In this document: piece after piece, positions 28,290-37,943 of the stretch | Layout: each line of letters starts with the position of its first letter | How positions within the stretch are numbered: the stretch's first letter is position 1 | Assembly (NCBI GenBank): GCA_964359725.1 | Contig: CAYHTT010000001.1 | Coordinates: forward strand, 14,618-78,617 | DNA from: Candidatus Woesearchaeota archaeon | Lineage (GTDB): Archaea > Nanobdellota > Nanobdellia > SCGC-AAA011-G17 > GW2011-AR20 | Direction of reading: 5' to 3' | Length of the DNA: 64,000 nt | Translations under genes and position numbers: made by a program | The notes under the pieces: model-generated | Databases searched by the model: none | The model's input: only the letters and a program-made list of their open reading frames with translations | Told to the model about the DNA's origin: nothing

Positions 28290-28584
28290 TTCTCTCAACG
28301 TATTCAGCAACTTTATTTCCAGTTTCTGTTAACTGTATACTTTTAATTCTTCCATGTTTTTCAAAATTTACTAACTTTGCTTTTTCCATTTCTTGAAGAA
28401 TTTTAACAGCATGAGAATAAGTGCAATCAACTTCCTTCGCTATTACACTCCCATAACGATTTTTATTGCTTCTGCGCAAAGCAACTAATATCATAGCAGG
28501 TTTGTTTCTGAAAAAAACATCAAAGATACTGTCGCGTTTTTTAATCACTTTAATTTCCCCCTTAAAATAACTTGTAGTAATCAC
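28273..28584 (-). CDS. Winged-helix transcriptional regulator
   Basis: 103 aa. GSVIAKEVDCTYSHAVKILQEMEKAKLV is HTH-like, followed by a beta-hairpin wing. Confidence 0.45.
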   Translation of the reverse strand: MITTSYFKGEIKVIKKRDSIFDVFFRNKPAMILVALRRSNKNRYGSVIAKEVDCTYSHAVKILQEMEKAKLVNFEKHGRIKSIQLTETGNKVAEYVERIKEIL

Positions 28585-28671
28585 CTATATTTAAACCTTT
28601 TCATTGTAAAATATATATTCAAGGAAATAATACCATAATGTTTAAATAACCTTAAAATTTATGAATAATTA

Positions 28672-29952
28672 ATGATAGACATTAATTTAGTTCGCGAGAA
28701 TTCCAATTTAGTTAAGAAAAATTTAGAAAAAAGATTTCAAAAAGATAAAATACCGTGGGTAAATGAGATTCTTACACTAGATAAAAAATGGCGTTCCTTA
28801 AAACAAGATATAGAAAAATTACGTCACGAAAGAAATATTATTTCTGAAAGGATTAATTTATTAAAAAAACAAAATATGCCATACGATAAAGAATTAGAAA
28901 AAGCACAAATTTTACCAAAACAAATTTTTAGATTAGAATCTGAAGGAGATAAAGCAAAAGAAAAAATTGATTATTATTTATTTAATTTGCCAAATATATT
29001 GCACGAGAAAGTTCCTATTGGGGAAGATGCTAGAAAAAATAAAGTTATTAGAAAATTTGGTAAGCCAGAAAAATTTAAATTTGAATTAAAAAGTCATGTA
29101 GAATTATTAGAATTATTAAAATTAGGCGATTTTGAACAAGGTAGAGAAGTTTCTGGACAAGGTTTTAATTATTTAATTGATGAAGTAGCAAAATTAGATT
29201 TGGCATTGCAAAGATATGGTGTTGATTTTTTACTTAAACATAAATTTAAATTAATTATTCCACCGATGATGTTAAGTAAAGAATCATTAGCTGGTGCAAT
29301 TGATGCAAATGTTTTTCAGGATGTTTATAAGATAGAAAATGAAGATTTATATTTAATCGGAACAGCAGAACATTCACTTGTTAATTTTCTTAAAAATAAG
29401 AGTATAAATAAAAAAGATTTACCAATTAAGGTTTGTGCAGTAACATCCTGTTTTAGAAAAGAAGTTGGTGGTCATGGCGTTGATACAAAAGGATTATTTA
29501 GAATGCATCAATTCAATAAAGTAGAGCAAGTCGTTTTTACGACAAAAGAAAATTCTTATAAATTGCTCGAGGAAATGGAAAAAATTACAGAAGATTTTTT
29601 TAAATCATTAAAAATTCCATTCAGAGTAATAGAAATATGTTCGGGTGATTTAGGAGGAAAATTTGCTAGGCAATACGATATTGAAGCCTATTTCCCAAGA
29701 CAAAAAGAGTATAAAGAGGTAACATCAGCAGGTAATTGTACAGATTACCAAGCAAGAAGATTAAATATAAAATATATTGATGGACAAGAAAAATATTATT
29801 GCCATATTTTAAATAATACAATGGTTGCTACATCAAGAGCAATGGTTGCTATACTAGAAAATTATCAACAAAAAAATTATGATATTAAAATACCAAAAGT
29901 TTTACAAAAATATACAGGATTTAAGGTGATAAAATGCCCAAAGACGAAGTAG
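28672..29952 (+). CDS. serS: Seryl-tRNA synthetase
   Basis: N-terminal coiled-coil tRNA-binding arm. Class II motifs 2 and 3 are present (CFRKEVGGHGVDTKGLFRMHQFNKVEQ; GNCTDYQARRL). Confidence 0.85.
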   Translation: MIDINLVRENSNLVKKNLEKRFQKDKIPWVNEILTLDKKWRSLKQDIEKLRHERNIISERINLLKKQNMPYDKELEKAQILPKQIFRLESEGDKAKEKIDYYLFNLPNILHEKVPIGEDARKNKVIRKFGKPEKFKFELKSHVELLELLKLGDFEQGREVSGQGFNYLIDEVAKLDLALQRYGVDFLLKHKFKLIIPPMMLSKESLAGAIDANVFQDVYKIENEDLYLIGTAEHSLVNFLKNKSINKKDLPIKVCAVTSCFRKEVGGHGVDTKGLFRMHQFNKVEQVVFTTKENSYKLLEEMEKITEDFFKSLKIPFRVIEICSGDLGGKFARQYDIEAYFPRQKEYKEVTSAGNCTDYQARRLNIKYIDGQEKYYCHILNNTMVATSRAMVAILENYQQKNYDIKIPKVLQKYTGFKVIKCPKTK

Positions 29953-30200
29953 ACAATTATGAAGAAGGTCACGAAGGCATTTATAACGAGAGATTTAGAG
30001 AAGAATTAGAAGAAAATGACGAGATTAGTGAGAAAGAAGAAGGATTTATGGAAGGTTATGACAAAGAAGAAGCTGTAGCAACATGTGCAAAATGTAGAAG
30101 AATATTATTTGATCATAATATCATAGAAGAAGAGATTAACGATAAGCATTATAGATTTTGTTCTCAAGAATGTGCAGATAAATTTATGAAAAAAATTTAG
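29934..30200 (+). CDS. Acidic protein with a C-terminal CxxC...CxxC zinc-ribbon
   Basis: 88 aa with an acidic N-terminus, then CAKCRRILF...RFCSQEC. Confidence 0.4.
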   Translation: MPKDEVDNYEEGHEGIYNERFREELEENDEISEKEEGFMEGYDKEEAVATCAKCRRILFDHNIIEEEINDKHYRFCSQECADKFMKKI

Positions 30201-30331
30201 TAAATAGTCGGCAAACATTTCTTACAAATACCTTTTACCAGGCATTTATCACAAACATTTCTTTGACAAAGCCTGCAATTTAATGTAGCAATATTTTGTT
30301 TGCATATTTCGCATCTTTGCATTACTTTCAT
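30197..30331 (-). CDS. Unannotated 44-aa eight-cysteine mini-protein (four CxxC pairs)
   Basis: Reverse-strand translation reads MKVMQRCEICKQNIATLNCRLCQRNVCDKCLVKGICKKCLPTIY. It has an ATG start and a TAA stop, and it sits antisense in the gap between two plus-strand genes. Confidence 0.4.
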   Translation of the reverse strand: MKVMQRCEICKQNIATLNCRLCQRNVCDKCLVKGICKKCLPTIY

Positions 30332-30383
30332 TAATTATGTAATGTAATAAAACTTTATAAACCTTATTTACAATAATAAGATT

Positions 30384-30986
30384 ATGAAAATATTAGCAGC
30401 TGGAGATTTACATGGAGATATTGATGCAGCTAGAGCTTTAGCAAAAAAGGCTGAAAAAGAAAATGTTGATTTAGTTGTTTTAGCTGGTGACATAACATCA
30501 GATGATACCTTATTGCCGGGAGTAATAAACCCTTTCTTAGAGAAAAAGAAAAAAGTTTTATTCGTTCCTGGAAATCATGAAAGTTTAGCAACAGCTGATT
30601 TTATAGCAGATTTTTATGGAATAACAAATTTACATGGTTATTCTGTTAAATATGAAAATGTTGGAATATTTGGATGTTCCGGTACAAATATAGGAATAAA
30701 TCAGCTTTCTGAAGATGAAATATTTTATTTACTTAAAAGAGGATTCGAGAAAATTAAAAATACAAAGAAAAAAGTTATGGTAACTCATGTTCATCCAATT
30801 AAAACAAAAATAGCAAAATTCTCTCAATTTGTTCCGGGTTCTACAGGGGTAAATAAAGCATTAAAGAAATTTAAACCAGATATTTTGATTTGTAGTCATG
30901 TGCATGAGGCTTCTGGCATTGAAGAAAAAATAGGAAAAACTAAAATAATAAATGTTGGAACTGAAGGAAAAATTATTGAGATTTAA
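30384..30986 (+). CDS. Calcineurin-like metallophosphoesterase
   Basis: AAGDLHGD, LAGDITS, VPGNHE and ICSHVHEA motifs. Confidence 0.7.
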   Translation: MKILAAGDLHGDIDAARALAKKAEKENVDLVVLAGDITSDDTLLPGVINPFLEKKKKVLFVPGNHESLATADFIADFYGITNLHGYSVKYENVGIFGCSGTNIGINQLSEDEIFYLLKRGFEKIKNTKKKVMVTHVHPIKTKIAKFSQFVPGSTGVNKALKKFKPDILICSHVHEASGIEEKIGKTKIINVGTEGKIIEI

Positions 30987-30988
30987 CA

Positions 30989-33052
30989 ATGACTGAAATA
31001 ATAATAAGTGAGAAGCCAGCATCAGCATTGAAAATAGCAACAGCTTTAGCAGACGATAAAGTTGTTAAAAAAAATAATAAAAAAGTTCCTTATTATGAAA
31101 TTACTCATAAAGGTAAGAAAATACTAGTCTTATGTGCAGTTGGTCATCTGTTTGGCTTAAAAGAGACAAATGGAAAAGGATGGATTTATCCTATCTTTGA
31201 TTATGACTGGCAACCTATTTATGAGGTTAATAAAAAAGCAAAATACACTAAAGATTATATTGAAACAATTAAAAAATTATCAAAAGATGCAGATAAATAT
31301 TATAATTTTTGTGATGTAGATACAGAAGGAGAACTAATTTTTAGAAATATTTTAAGATTTATTTGTAAAAAAGAAGATGCAAATAGGGCTTATTTTTCAA
31401 CTCTGACTAAAAATGACTTAGTAAAGGCCTTTGAGAATGTTAAACATCATATCGATTTTGGATTAGCCGAAGCTGGGGAAACTCGTCACATACTTGATTG
31501 GCTTCACGGTATCAACTTATCAAGAGCACTAACGTTAGCAATAAAAGCAGCACAAGGTGGATTTAAGGTTCTGTCTATTGGAAGAGTTCAAGGCCCAACA
31601 TTAAATCTAATTGTTCAAAAGGAAAAAGAAATTTTAGCATTTAAACCAGTTCTATATTGGGAAATTTCATTAACAGGAAAGGTTGATAAGAAAGAAATTA
31701 TTGCATGGCATAAAAATAATGAATTCTGGAAAAAAGAAGATGCAGAAAAAGTCATAAAAAATGTTAAAGGTAAAAAAGCGATTGTTCAAAGTATCAAGGA
31801 ATCTGAATTAAAACAAGCAGCACCATTCCCATTTGACTTAACAACACTACAATTAGAAGCTTATAGGAATTTCGGAATTAATCCTAAAGAAACTTTAGCA
31901 ATTGCTCAAAGTTTATATGTTAATGGATTAATTAGTTATCCTCGTACTAGTTCACAACAAATTCCAGATTCAATTGATATGAAAGAAATATTCACTAAAC
32001 TATTTGATTCAAAGTATAAGGATTTAGTAAAACAATTATTAAAAACGAAATTAATTCCAAATAATGGAAAGAAAACAGATCCTGCGCATCCTGCTATAAT
32101 AATTACTGGAGAAATTCCGGAAAAATTACAAGAACGCGAGAATAAAATTTATGATTTAATTGCCAAAAGAACGTTTGCAACATTTGCAGATCCTGCTAAA
32201 CGTAGATCATTAATAGTCGAAATAAATTGTAATAAAGAAATTTTTATTGCTAAAGGTATCTTAACAACATACCCTGGTTGGCATTTATTTTATTCTCCTT
32301 ATGTTGATCTAAAAGAAATTGAATTACCAAGTTTAGAAAAGGGGCAAGAAATTTTAAATCCTAAATTTGAGTTGTTTGAAAAAGAAACTCAACCACCGAG
32401 ACGTTATTCTCCCGCATCTTTAGTTAAAGAACTCGAATCTAGGCATTTAGGTACAAAAGCCACAAGATCTAATATCATCGATACTTTATATGATAGACAA
32501 TATATAGCAGAACAAAGTATTCGAGCTACAGAATTAGGAATTAAAACTATAGAAACTTTAGAAAAATATTCTCCTGAAATTATTGATGAAAACTTAACTC
32601 GTGAATTTGAAGAAGAAACTGAATTAATTGAAGAAGGAATGAAAACAAAAGAAGAAATCGTTGAGAAAAATAAAAAAATTTTACTTAAGATACTAGAAAA
32701 GTTCAAAAAAAATGAATTAAATATTGGCAAGGAATTAGCAGAAGCAAATAAAGAAACAAGAGATAAAGCAAGTATTGTGGGAAAATGTCATAAATGTAAA
32801 ATTGGAGATTTAAGAATATTATATAATAGAAATAGTAAAAGTTATTTTATTGCATGTAACAAATATCCAGAATGTAAAACTACTTTTTCAATGCCAAAAT
32901 ATGCTTTACCTAAACCAAACGATATATGTAAAGAATGCAATTATCCTAGATTAAAGATGATTAGAAAGGGTAAAAGACCATATGACTTTTGTATAAATCC
33001 AGAATGTCCTTCTAGAAAAAGATATTTAGAGCAGCAAAATAATAATTATTAG
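30989..33052 (+). CDS. topA: DNA topoisomerase, type IA (topo I/III)
   Basis: N-terminal Toprim (IISEKPSAALKIA). The active-site Tyr lies in GLISYPRTSSQ. The C-terminus has Zn-ribbons (CHKCKIGDL...CNKYPECKTTFSMP, CKECNYPRL...CINPECP). Confidence 0.8.
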   Translation: MTEIIISEKPASALKIATALADDKVVKKNNKKVPYYEITHKGKKILVLCAVGHLFGLKETNGKGWIYPIFDYDWQPIYEVNKKAKYTKDYIETIKKLSKDADKYYNFCDVDTEGELIFRNILRFICKKEDANRAYFSTLTKNDLVKAFENVKHHIDFGLAEAGETRHILDWLHGINLSRALTLAIKAAQGGFKVLSIGRVQGPTLNLIVQKEKEILAFKPVLYWEISLTGKVDKKEIIAWHKNNEFWKKEDAEKVIKNVKGKKAIVQSIKESELKQAAPFPFDLTTLQLEAYRNFGINPKETLAIAQSLYVNGLISYPRTSSQQIPDSIDMKEIFTKLFDSKYKDLVKQLLKTKLIPNNGKKTDPAHPAIIITGEIPEKLQERENKIYDLIAKRTFATFADPAKRRSLIVEINCNKEIFIAKGILTTYPGWHLFYSPYVDLKEIELPSLEKGQEILNPKFELFEKETQPPRRYSPASLVKELESRHLGTKATRSNIIDTLYDRQYIAEQSIRATELGIKTIETLEKYSPEIIDENLTREFEEETELIEEGMKTKEEIVEKNKKILLKILEKFKKNELNIGKELAEANKETRDKASIVGKCHKCKIGDLRILYNRNSKSYFIACNKYPECKTTFSMPKYALPKPNDICKECNYPRLKMIRKGKRPYDFCINPECPSRKRYLEQQNNNY

Positions 33053-33816
33053 AAAGCATACTTCATAGCTTCTTGAATATTATTTACTCCAATCACCTTT
33101 AAACCATATTCTTTTTCAAAATACTCTATAACATTAATTTCTTTAGGTACAAATCTTGTACTTGTAATTACTAAATTACCAACTTTTCTCTTAGTTGTTT
33201 GTGGTTCATAATAACGGAATATAGTTTCACCAGCAGGTATTAAATATAATTCAAGATTATTATTAGCAACAGCCTCCCCTTTTTCTATTACTGCTCCTAC
33301 TTGTCCTATCTCACCATTAGGTAAAATTGTTCCCGTAATTCCAATATTTTTTAACTGTTTATTTTGTAAAGCAGCAATAGTTGCAAGAGTCATAGAAGCA
33401 CCAGCACTTGGTCCACCAACAACCGTGCCATTAATATCAAAATCATAAATTATATTTTTATCTTCTAAATTAATTCCTGTAATATTACTAGCAACTAAAG
33501 CAGCTATGTTAGCACTAAATTGTGTATCTGGCTCAAGAAAAGGATTTGTATTAATTAATATTTTACCATTACCTTGTGTAATTTCAACTTCAACTTTACC
33601 AAGTAAACCTTGCCTGTTTTGATCTACAGCTATGACATTAGTAGTCGATTTTAATAATGTGGTATTTATTGGCAAACTAATTCCACTCTTTTCAACTTCT
33701 TTTATTTCATTTTCTTTAATTTCACTTGGTTTATAAAATATTAAAACAGCTAATAAAAATCCTAATAAAAAAGTTAGTACATAAACATGAAATTTATTTC
33801 TTTTCTTTCTTTTCAT
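33049..33816 (-). CDS. Membrane-anchored Lon-like S16 peptidase domain protein
   Basis: N-terminal TM helix (VYVLTFLLGFLLAVLIF). The S16 catalytic Ser motif is GGPSAGASMTLATIAAL, and the downstream Lys lies in VGAVIEKGEAV. It overlaps the upstream radB-like gene by 4 nt. Confidence 0.6.
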   Translation of the reverse strand: MKRKKRNKFHVYVLTFLLGFLLAVLIFYKPSEIKENEIKEVEKSGISLPINTTLLKSTTNVIAVDQNRQGLLGKVEVEITQGNGKILINTNPFLEPDTQFSANIAALVASNITGINLEDKNIIYDFDINGTVVGGPSAGASMTLATIAALQNKQLKNIGITGTILPNGEIGQVGAVIEKGEAVANNNLELYLIPAGETIFRYYEPQTTKRKVGNLVITSTRFVPKEINVIEYFEKEYGLKVIGVNNIQEAMKYAF

Positions 33817-34418
33817 TTTAATATTATTCCTTTGTCCTGAATTTCAAATAAACTTTCTTTATTAACAGGTTTTTCAATAATTAATTTTCTAGGGTCTTTC
33901 TCAAGCCTTATTAAATTATCTGCTAGATTTTTAACCAAGTTACCACCAACCATGCTTATGTCGTCTAATTTAAAGCTTTCATAAACTTGGTTTGTTATTA
34001 AAATAATTGTATTTTTATTATTAAGTTCTTTTAATATTCTAAAATCCTTTTGAACACGTTTATTTGTTACAAAAGATTCTTGTTTCAATTCCATTCTATA
34101 ATACTTTCCTAGACTATCAATAACAACTAATTTAAGATTATTTAAGTTAGCTAATCTTTTAATAGCTTCATGTTGTTGGATAAAATTATTTGCTTTAATT
34201 AATAATATATTTTTTAAGCATTTATCATAATCATCATGAGAAATTTGTTTAAACCTTTCTATTGAAAAACTATTTTCTGTATCTATGAATATTACTTTGC
34301 CTAGTTTAGAATAATTATATACAAGCATTAATGCCAAAGTTGTTTTGCCAGTAGCTGCTTTTCCATAAACTAAATTTATTCCCGAATTAAAATTTATTAA
34401 ACTTAAAATATCATTCAT
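33813..34418 (-). CDS. radB: RadB-like RecA-superfamily ATPase
   Basis: 201 aa. VYGKAATGKTTLALMLV (Walker A) followed by KVIFIDTENSFSIERFKQI matches the RadB pattern YG..GSGKTTLALQ...KV.YIDTEG.FS.ERL.QM. Walker B is LVVIDSL. Confidence 0.65.
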   Translation of the reverse strand: MNDILSLINFNSGINLVYGKAATGKTTLALMLVYNYSKLGKVIFIDTENSFSIERFKQISHDDYDKCLKNILLIKANNFIQQHEAIKRLANLNNLKLVVIDSLGKYYRMELKQESFVTNKRVQKDFRILKELNNKNTIILITNQVYESFKLDDISMVGGNLVKNLADNLIRLEKDPRKLIIEKPVNKESLFEIQDKGIILK

Positions 34419-34515
34419 TGTAAATAATTAATATAATAGAATTAAAAAACTTACTAAACAAAAGATTTATAAATAAGTGTATATACCCCTTGTATATACA
34501 TAGAGGTTATACAAA

Positions 34516-34887
34516 ATGCCAGACATATTTGAAACAACTATAATATGTGATAATTGTGATAGAAAAACAATAAAGAATCAGTTCTATAAAGAGGGATTTC
34601 GAATTAGAATTTGGGAATGTCCTAATTGCGGTAAGCGTTGGTATCATCCAGAAGATAAGCAAGATTACGAAGATTTTCACCAACTAAAGCAAAAACAATT
34701 TCAAGTTAAGTTGAGAATGGTTGGTAACTCATATACTGTTTCAATACCTCGCGAGATTATAGATTTTGAAGAAGAATTTAATCGTGAGTTTAATAAACTA
34801 TTAAATTTAACATTAGAAGAACCAGGTAAAGTTTCAATATTTTTCAATAAGAGAATTAGAAAGATTTTTAATAATAAGGAACAATAA
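34516..34887 (+). CDS. Zinc-ribbon plus AbrB/SpoVT-like swapped-hairpin DNA-binding protein
   Basis: CDNCD...CPNCG ribbon. VKLRMVGNSYTVSIPREI resembles the AbrB/MazE swapped-hairpin. Confidence 0.4.
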   Translation: MPDIFETTIICDNCDRKTIKNQFYKEGFRIRIWECPNCGKRWYHPEDKQDYEDFHQLKQKQFQVKLRMVGNSYTVSIPREIIDFEEEFNREFNKLLNLTLEEPGKVSIFFNKRIRKIFNNKEQ

Positions 34888-34902
34888 AATAGAAGTATTA
34901 AA

Positions 34903-37200
34903 ATGGCAATGAAAGAAGTTAAAGAAACCAAGCTAAAAGTAATGGAAGCTTTGCAAGAAGAAGCTTACAATGGAATAATTAGAATAGATACCGAGACAAT
35001 GAGAAAGCTTGGGGTGCATCCTGGTGATGTGGTTGAGATTATGGGTGGAAGAACAACAGTTGGAATAGCAGATAGAGCTTATCCTTCTGATATTGGTCAA
35101 GAAATAATTAGAATGGATGGTATTATTAGAAGAAACGCAAAAACTTCTATAGGTGAATATATTATATTAAGAAAAGCTGATATAAAAGAGGCTAAAACAG
35201 TTACAATTGCTCCTGCTCAGAAAGGTGTAATGATTAAAGCTGATCCTCGAATATTTAAACGCGGTTTACTTGGAAGAGCTGTTTTAAAAGGAGATATTAT
35301 CGTACCAGGTGGAACTCGCTCAAGACATAGAACAATGTCTGATCATCCTTTCTTTGAAGAAATATTTACTAACTTGTTTGAGGAAAGTTTTACAGCAGGG
35401 TTTAACTTAAGAGGATTAAGATTTATTGTTGTTAATACAAATCCAAAAGATGCTCCCGCAATCATAACAGAAAATACTGAATTAATTTTGAATTCTAAAG
35501 CTGTTGAAGTTATTGAAGAAAGAATCCCAGAAGTAACTTATGAAGATATAGGTGGATTAAGTGAAGAAATCGCAAAGATAAGAGAAATGGTTGAATTACC
35601 ATTAAAACATCCTAATTTATTTTTGAGATTAGGAATTGATCCACCAAAAGGAGTTTTATTACACGGACCTCCTGGAACAGGCAAAACATTATTAGCAAAA
35701 GCTGTTGCAAATGAATCAGAAGCTAATTTCATTTTAGTTAATGGTCCTGAAATTATGAATAAGTTTTATGGTGAATCAGAAAAAAGAATTCGCGATATAT
35801 TTGAAGAAGGTGAGAAAAACGCTCCAAGTATAATTTTTATAGATGAAATAGATGCTATTGCACCAAAAAGAGATGAAAGTTATGGTGAATTAGAAAGAAG
35901 AGTTGTTTCACAATTATTAACAATGATGGATGGATTAAAAAGCAGAGGTAAAGTAATTGTTATTGGTGCAACAAACAGACCAAATGCAGTTGATCCAGCT
36001 TTACGTAGACCTGGAAGATTTGATCGTGAAATTATTATTGGGGTTCCGAACAAAAAAGGCAGATTAAATATTTTAAAAATCCACACAAGACATATGCCAT
36101 TAGCAAAAGATGTTAACTTAGCTAAATTAGCAGAAATTACACACGGTTTTGTTGGAGCAGATGCAGCTGCATTATGTAGAGAAGCTGCTATGAGTGTACT
36201 AAGGAGAATATTACCGCAAATTAAACTTGATGAAAAAGAAGATATTCCCGAAGAGGTTTTACAGAAACTTACTGTTACCGATTATGACTTTCAAGAAGCA
36301 TTAAAATTAGTAAGACCTAGTGCAATGAGAGAAGTATTAATTGAAACACCAAATGTTAAATGGGAAGATATTGGTGGATTAGAACAAATAAAACAAGAAC
36401 TTAAAGAAGCTGTAGAATGGCCATTAAAGAATCCAGCCGCGTTTAAAAGATTAGGTATAAGGCCACCAAGAGGATTATTACTTTATGGACCTCCTGGAAC
36501 AGGCAAAACATTATTAGCAAAAGCTGTTGCAAATGAATCAGAAGCTAATTTCATTTTAGTTAATGGTCCTGAATTAATAAACAAATGGGTTGGCGAGAGT
36601 TCTCGCGGTATTAGAAAAATATTTGAAAAAGCTAGGCAAGCATCTCCAACAATAATATTCTTTGATGAGCTTGATTCAATTGCATCTAGACGTGGGACAG
36701 AAATGGGTGTAAAAGTAGTTGATCAAATGGTTAATACATTATTAGCTGAAATGGACGGATTACAAGAATTAAATGACGTTGTTGTTATTGCAGCTACAAA
36801 TAGACCAGATATTTTAGACCCGGGTTTATTACGTCCTGGAAGATTTGATCGCTTATTGTTAATACTACCACCAAATAAACAAGCTAGATTAGAGATTTTA
36901 AAGATTCATACAAAAAACATGCCTCTTGCAAAAGATGTTGATTTAAATGTGCTAGCTGAAAAAACAGAAGGTTATGTTGGATCTGACATAGAAGGTGGTT
37001 GCAGAGAAGCAGGATTACTGGCATTACGTGAAGATATTAAAACAAACGAAGTTAAAAAGAAACATTTTGAAGAAGCTTTAGTGAAAATACAAGCTTCAAT
37101 ATCACCAGAAACAATGGAGCGCTATAAAGAGATAGAGGAAACATACTTAAAGAATGCGAGAGCAGGATTAGTTAAAGAAGTTCCTAGTTACTTTGGCTAA
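34903..37200 (+). CDS. cdc48: CDC48/VCP-like AAA+ ATPase (two AAA domains)
   Basis: N-terminal double-psi domain. D1 and D2 each have GPPGTGKTLLAKAVANE Walker A, DEID/DELD Walker B and SRH regions. Confidence 0.85.
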   Translation: MAMKEVKETKLKVMEALQEEAYNGIIRIDTETMRKLGVHPGDVVEIMGGRTTVGIADRAYPSDIGQEIIRMDGIIRRNAKTSIGEYIILRKADIKEAKTVTIAPAQKGVMIKADPRIFKRGLLGRAVLKGDIIVPGGTRSRHRTMSDHPFFEEIFTNLFEESFTAGFNLRGLRFIVVNTNPKDAPAIITENTELILNSKAVEVIEERIPEVTYEDIGGLSEEIAKIREMVELPLKHPNLFLRLGIDPPKGVLLHGPPGTGKTLLAKAVANESEANFILVNGPEIMNKFYGESEKRIRDIFEEGEKNAPSIIFIDEIDAIAPKRDESYGELERRVVSQLLTMMDGLKSRGKVIVIGATNRPNAVDPALRRPGRFDREIIIGVPNKKGRLNILKIHTRHMPLAKDVNLAKLAEITHGFVGADAAALCREAAMSVLRRILPQIKLDEKEDIPEEVLQKLTVTDYDFQEALKLVRPSAMREVLIETPNVKWEDIGGLEQIKQELKEAVEWPLKNPAAFKRLGIRPPRGLLLYGPPGTGKTLLAKAVANESEANFILVNGPELINKWVGESSRGIRKIFEKARQASPTIIFFDELDSIASRRGTEMGVKVVDQMVNTLLAEMDGLQELNDVVVIAATNRPDILDPGLLRPGRFDRLLLILPPNKQARLEILKIHTKNMPLAKDVDLNVLAEKTEGYVGSDIEGGCREAGLLALREDIKTNEVKKKHFEEALVKIQASISPETMERYKEIEETYLKNARAGLVKEVPSYFG
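35665..35751. repeat. 87-nt perfect direct repeat, copy 1 (cdc48 D1 Walker A region)
   Basis: ggacctcctggaacaggcaaaacattattagcaaaagctgttgcaaatgaatcagaagctaatttcattttagttaatggtcctgaa is identical at 36487-36573. Confidence 0.9.
36487..36573. repeat. 87-nt perfect direct repeat, copy 2 (cdc48 D2 Walker A region)
   Basis: Identical 87 nt to 35665-35751, read directly from the sequence. Confidence 0.9.
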
Positions 37201-37475
37201 ATTTTATTTTTCCTTTTAATTTTATTATAAATGAAAATTATTAGACAAGAGATTAAATACCAGAATATTATATCAACAAAAAAATTCAAAACTGAGAATG
37301 GCGGAGCAACTTCAGACATTTCAAATCCAGTGCTAACAAAACTCTTTATTGGCCAAAAATATAACGGCCATCCACCATACCCATATGTTAGATTACTAGA
37401 AAACCAGGTCGAAATAATTATCAATATAAAGAATAAGATAACTTTTACAATTGTTGGTTTCAAAAATTCTTTCAT
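37197..37475 (-). CDS. Small membrane protein
   Basis: 92 aa with two hydrophobic helices. It is preferred over the antisense ORF 37231..37539 because it abuts the downstream CBS gene by a 4-nt overlap. Confidence 0.3.
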   Translation of the reverse strand: MKEFLKPTIVKVILFFILIIISTWFSSNLTYGYGGWPLYFWPIKSFVSTGFEMSEVAPPFSVLNFFVDIIFWYLISCLIIFIYNKIKRKNKI

Positions 37476-37906
37476 AAATATTCTTTTCTTAATTTTTTAC
37501 TTAAATATTTTAAAACAAATTTCTTTCTTTGTTTTGTAAAATAATCAATTAATGTTGATTGTGAAATAAATCCAACAACTTTATTATTTTTAACAACAGG
37601 ATAACGTTTAAAGCCCTTTTGCTGCATCATCTTGCTTGTATAATAAATATTAGCATCTGGATGAATACCTTGTACAGGACTTGTCATTATATCTTTAGCT
37701 TTAGTTTTTCTAGGATTTAAATTTTTTGCTATAACTCTTTTAACCATATCTCTTTCTGTAATAATGCCTAGAGGTTTTTTATTTCTGCCAACTATTATAA
37801 CAGCTCCAATATCTCTTACACCCATAACCTTAGCAATTTTATTAACACTAGAATCCGGACCAAAAGCAGTAATTTTTTTTACCATTATATCTTTAACAAT
37901 ATCCAT
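37472..37906 (-). CDS. CBS-domain pair protein
   Basis: Two CBS repeats (IMVKKITAFGPDSSV...GAVIIVG...GIITERDM; IMTSPVQGIHPDANI...RYPVVKNNKVVGFISQSTL). Confidence 0.6.
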   Translation of the reverse strand: MDIVKDIMVKKITAFGPDSSVNKIAKVMGVRDIGAVIIVGRNKKPLGIITERDMVKRVIAKNLNPRKTKAKDIMTSPVQGIHPDANIYYTSKMMQQKGFKRYPVVKNNKVVGFISQSTLIDYFTKQRKKFVLKYLSKKLRKEYL

Positions 37907-37943
37907 AATTTTATTTAATTTAATGTTTATATAAAATTATCGC

